Of a stretch of DNA of 41,780 nucleotides, positions 39,101 through 41,780 are shown piece by piece. The translations under genes and the position numbers were made by a program. The stretch lies in NCBI GenBank assembly GCA_048213135.1, contig PS015017.1, positions 21,080 through 62,859 on the forward strand. The letters run 5' to 3'. The stretch comes from Reclinomonas americana ATCC 50394 (Eukaryota). Positions within the stretch are counted from its first letter, which is position 1, and each line of letters begins with the position of its first letter. The notes under the pieces were generated by a model. The model was given only the letters and a program-made list of their open reading frames with translations, did no database searches and was not told the DNA's origin.

Positions 39101-40994
39101 GAGGTGTTGCAAGTGCCGCGACCATTGCTGCACGACAAGAAGAGTAAGACACTGCGAAAACGAACCGAGCACTCCAAACGCGGCGCACCATGTGGTTGCC
39201 GCATTGCATGTCGATGAGGTCAGCGAGCAGTTTGTCTTGGTAGAGCCGTTGATGCAGAGGCACGTGCCGTCATCTGCTCAGAGCGGGTGAGCGCGGAATT
39301 CCTTTACATACAAACAAACACACACTGACCAAGACACAAGCCGCCGCCGCTGCAAGTCGTCGCTGGCGAGCAGGCAACAGGGTTCTGTGCGACATTGTGA
39401 ATCGTGAGCATGTTGGNNNNNNNNNNNNNNNNNNNNGGGGGGCACTTGAGCCAACAAACCGGAACAAACGTGCGGCAGTACGGCCACTCGCCGTGCTTGT
39501 ACGCTGGAGCGCACGCCTGGCATGTGGGGCCCTGCAACCAGAGAAAGCGCGCGTGTCACAACAAGTGCATAACACAATGTGTCATGTGCTGTAGTGCAGT
39601 ACCTGATACTGTACGTTGCAAGCACACGATCCTGCATTGCCGATGCGTGAACACATGCCTACTGCAAGCGAATGGCACAACAAGACACGCACCTCCGATA
39701 CAGTTGCCAGCAGGCTGGTTGCAATCCGACTGCGAGACGCAGTTGCCGGCCGAGACACCCGACTGTGTAGCCACAAAGGCAGTGAATACTCACCCCTTCG
39801 CCCTTCACAAACAGAAAGAGTACGCACCGCACTGCACGAAGATCCGAGCCATCCCGACGTGCATTTGCACGTGTTGTCGGCGTTGCAGGTGCCGTGACCC
39901 GAGCTGAGCACACCGAGTCAGGAAACGCAAATTAAGGGAAAGAAGAACGGCTCTTGCATCATCACTAACCAAGTGGAGGCAGCCGAGCACGTGGGAACTG
40001 CACACCACCAGGTAATGTCGTCAGCAGTGTGCACCCAGAAAGATCAATGATCGATGAGACGCACCAACCGCAGCGCACAGTGACTGCGTGCACACAGACT
40101 TGGAGGTTGGGCACGAAGAGCACGAGGTGCCCGTCGAGTACGGATCACCACTGGCCACATTCTGCAACAAAAACTCAGCACACTACTTCTTGCACGCACA
40201 GCGCGACAGACCAGCAGCACTCACCGCCGACGAAGCATAGCGACACACCATCATCCTATACGCACGCAGATCAATCAACAAAGGGCCAGCATTCACGTGT
40301 GTACACACGGTACTGAGCACGCAACACGCCAAGACCCGGGCACACCGCCGTGCCGCATCCCACGAGATCGTTGGAGGCGACCACGAGTTGCTGATAGTCG
40401 GCACAGTTGGCGCCCGGTGCACACGACTTCGGGAACGTCCACTTCGACGCTTGTGCAGTCCAGCGGGCAAACAACGCCAGCGGGGAAGCTACGCAAACCA
40501 GTTAATCACTCACTGAGAACGTGATCGGCGATCTACAAACCAGAAGCGTCGCTCGACAACACCACTGTCTCGCCCACGGCGCCAGAGCCACCCGCAGCCT
40601 GCCACGTCAACGACGCGCTCACATCACGTACATTGATGCACTGCGCGGCGTACGACGTTGCCTGTGCGGCAAGATCTGTGCATGCACGATCAGTAAGTAT
40701 CTCAACTTCCTTCGTCCACTTCGCCTCCCTCTCACCAGTGTTCCACGACACGCGAAGCATGTTGGCGGCCGTGGGTGTCACAGCCGAGCGCGCAGCGTTC
40801 AGTGCAGTCACGAGTCCATCGGCATCGGTTGCGCTCATCGACGCCACATCGCGCACAAGAAACACTGTCGAGGTCGACAACGGTCGCAGTGCCTCGCTCG
40901 GCTGGTGGTTCTCGTCAGCATGCGCACACACACTGATGAGCACGCAGAAGAGAGTGATCACGACAACGCGGAGGCGACGATCGCGCGCTCGCAT
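36107..40994 (-). CDS. Secreted/surface protein: signal peptide, CAP (SCP/PR-1) domain, many EGF/laminin-EGF repeats and one cadherin-like domain; 3' end uncertain
   Basis: The signal peptide is MRARDRRLRVVVITLFCVLISVCAHA. CAP motifs are LNAARSAV.P.AANML.VSW..DLAAQATSYAAQC, VGE and CADYQQLV....VGCG. Repeats of the CSGNGVC...C.C...WTG..C type recur. The cadherin-like segment reads NRAPTSILLS...GTVIGTVTAVDPD...SVTATDS. The last clear exon ends at ~36976 and the terminal exon is tentative. Confidence 0.8.
36420..36860. repeat. Degenerate tandem repeat (probably intronic)
   Basis: gcatcatgac occurs about five times, ctctgttcg-aagcaagt three times and gcctccatgccgttctcctcgcttggtattcaatccct twice. 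Confidence 0.85.
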
Positions 40995-41193
40995 GATGGG
41001 TGGAAACAAAAAATGGCGCGAAAAATATCGGGACAGCTTTCGTCGTCGTCGTTCCTTTGCTGCCAGACTTTGTTTCGTTGGAGAGCGTCAGTGTGTGTGT
41101 GAGAGAGAGAGAGAAAAGCAGCAAAGCGACGGAGTCGCGAGTTGTATCTAACAAATTTCTGTTCATTCCATTACGCTACTTGTCGCAGCAGCG

Positions 41194-41780
41194 ATGCGGC
41201 ACTCGTGCGATTGCTCGAGGCCTGTGCTCACTGCNNNNNNNNNNNNNNNNNNNNAGCAGCCACCTCCTCCGCAGAAGCCGGCGCAGCCCGAGTGGCGCTC
41301 GATTGACGGCGCCAACAACAACTTGCAGCGGCGATGCGTTCCGGATGCGTCGGCACCCAACAAAAAGAAGTGCCCGCTCGGCTCGGCCGGCCAGACGTAC
41401 ATTCGCTACGCCAACCTCGCCAACTACGGCGCCGACGACAGCCTGCGCTCGGGACCCAATGCCCGCGACATCTCCAACCTGGTGCTGCAGCAGGGCGTCG
41501 ACGCCAATGGCGAGCCGAATGAGTTCGAGGCCGCCAACAACGTGTCGGGCATGGTGTGGCAGTGGGGCCAGTTCCTGGACCACGACATTACGCAGACGGC
41601 CAGCGCCAGTCCCGCCGAGGACTCGTCGATTGCCGTGCTGGATCCGGCGGACCCGCTGTTTGGCGGCGCCATTCCGCAGTCGCGCGACGACTACCAGTCG
41701 ATCAACGGTCGCCGTGAGCAGATCAACCACATCACTGCGTGGATCGACGCCTCGCAAGTGTACGGCTCCGACGCGACCAC
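41194..41780 (+). CDS. Heme peroxidase, peroxidase-cyclooxygenase superfamily (peroxinectin/PoxA-like), truncated by the window end
   Basis: WRSIDGANNN, PNARDISN, WQWGQFLDHDI (distal Gln/Asp/His motif) and REQINHITAWIDASQVYGS are all in one frame from 41257. The start lies across a small gap and is tentative. Confidence 0.93.
   Translation, partial: MRHSCDCSRPVLTXXXXXXXXQPPPPQKPAQPEWRSIDGANNNLQRRCVPDASAPNKKKCPLGSAGQTYIRYANLANYGADDSLRSGPNARDISNLVLQQGVDANGEPNEFEAANNVSGMVWQWGQFLDHDITQTASASPAEDSSIAVLDPADPLFGGAIPQSRDDYQSINGRREQINHITAWIDASQVYGSDAT

Overview
This window is gene-dense, intron-rich eukaryotic DNA, probably from a flagellated protist. It comes from a gapped draft assembly with N-runs and microsatellite-expanded introns. 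About 13-14 protein genes can be reconstructed by hand. In order: a DHX35-like DEAH helicase (-), a hypothetical protein (+), a NOL1/NOP2/Sun RNA m5C methyltransferase (+), and a bacterial-type Sir2 sirtuin with a very large insert inside its Zn-binding module (-). Next are an ARM-repeat protein resembling radial-spoke RSPH14/RSP8 (-), a CCX/NCLX cation:Ca2+ exchanger (-), a PH-domain protein (+), an ACS-family MFS transporter (-) and an intronless 4xCCCH-vWA-proline-repeat protein (-). These are followed by a chimeric gene built from a duplicated 5' end of its neighbour (+), a CCR4/Angel-type EEP hydrolase (+), VPS25 (-), a secreted CAP + EGF + cadherin-like protein (-) and a heme peroxidase (+, truncated by the window edge). 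No convincing RNA gene, CRISPR array or autonomous transposon was seen. Exon boundaries and family calls are by eye and from recalled motifs, not from database searches.
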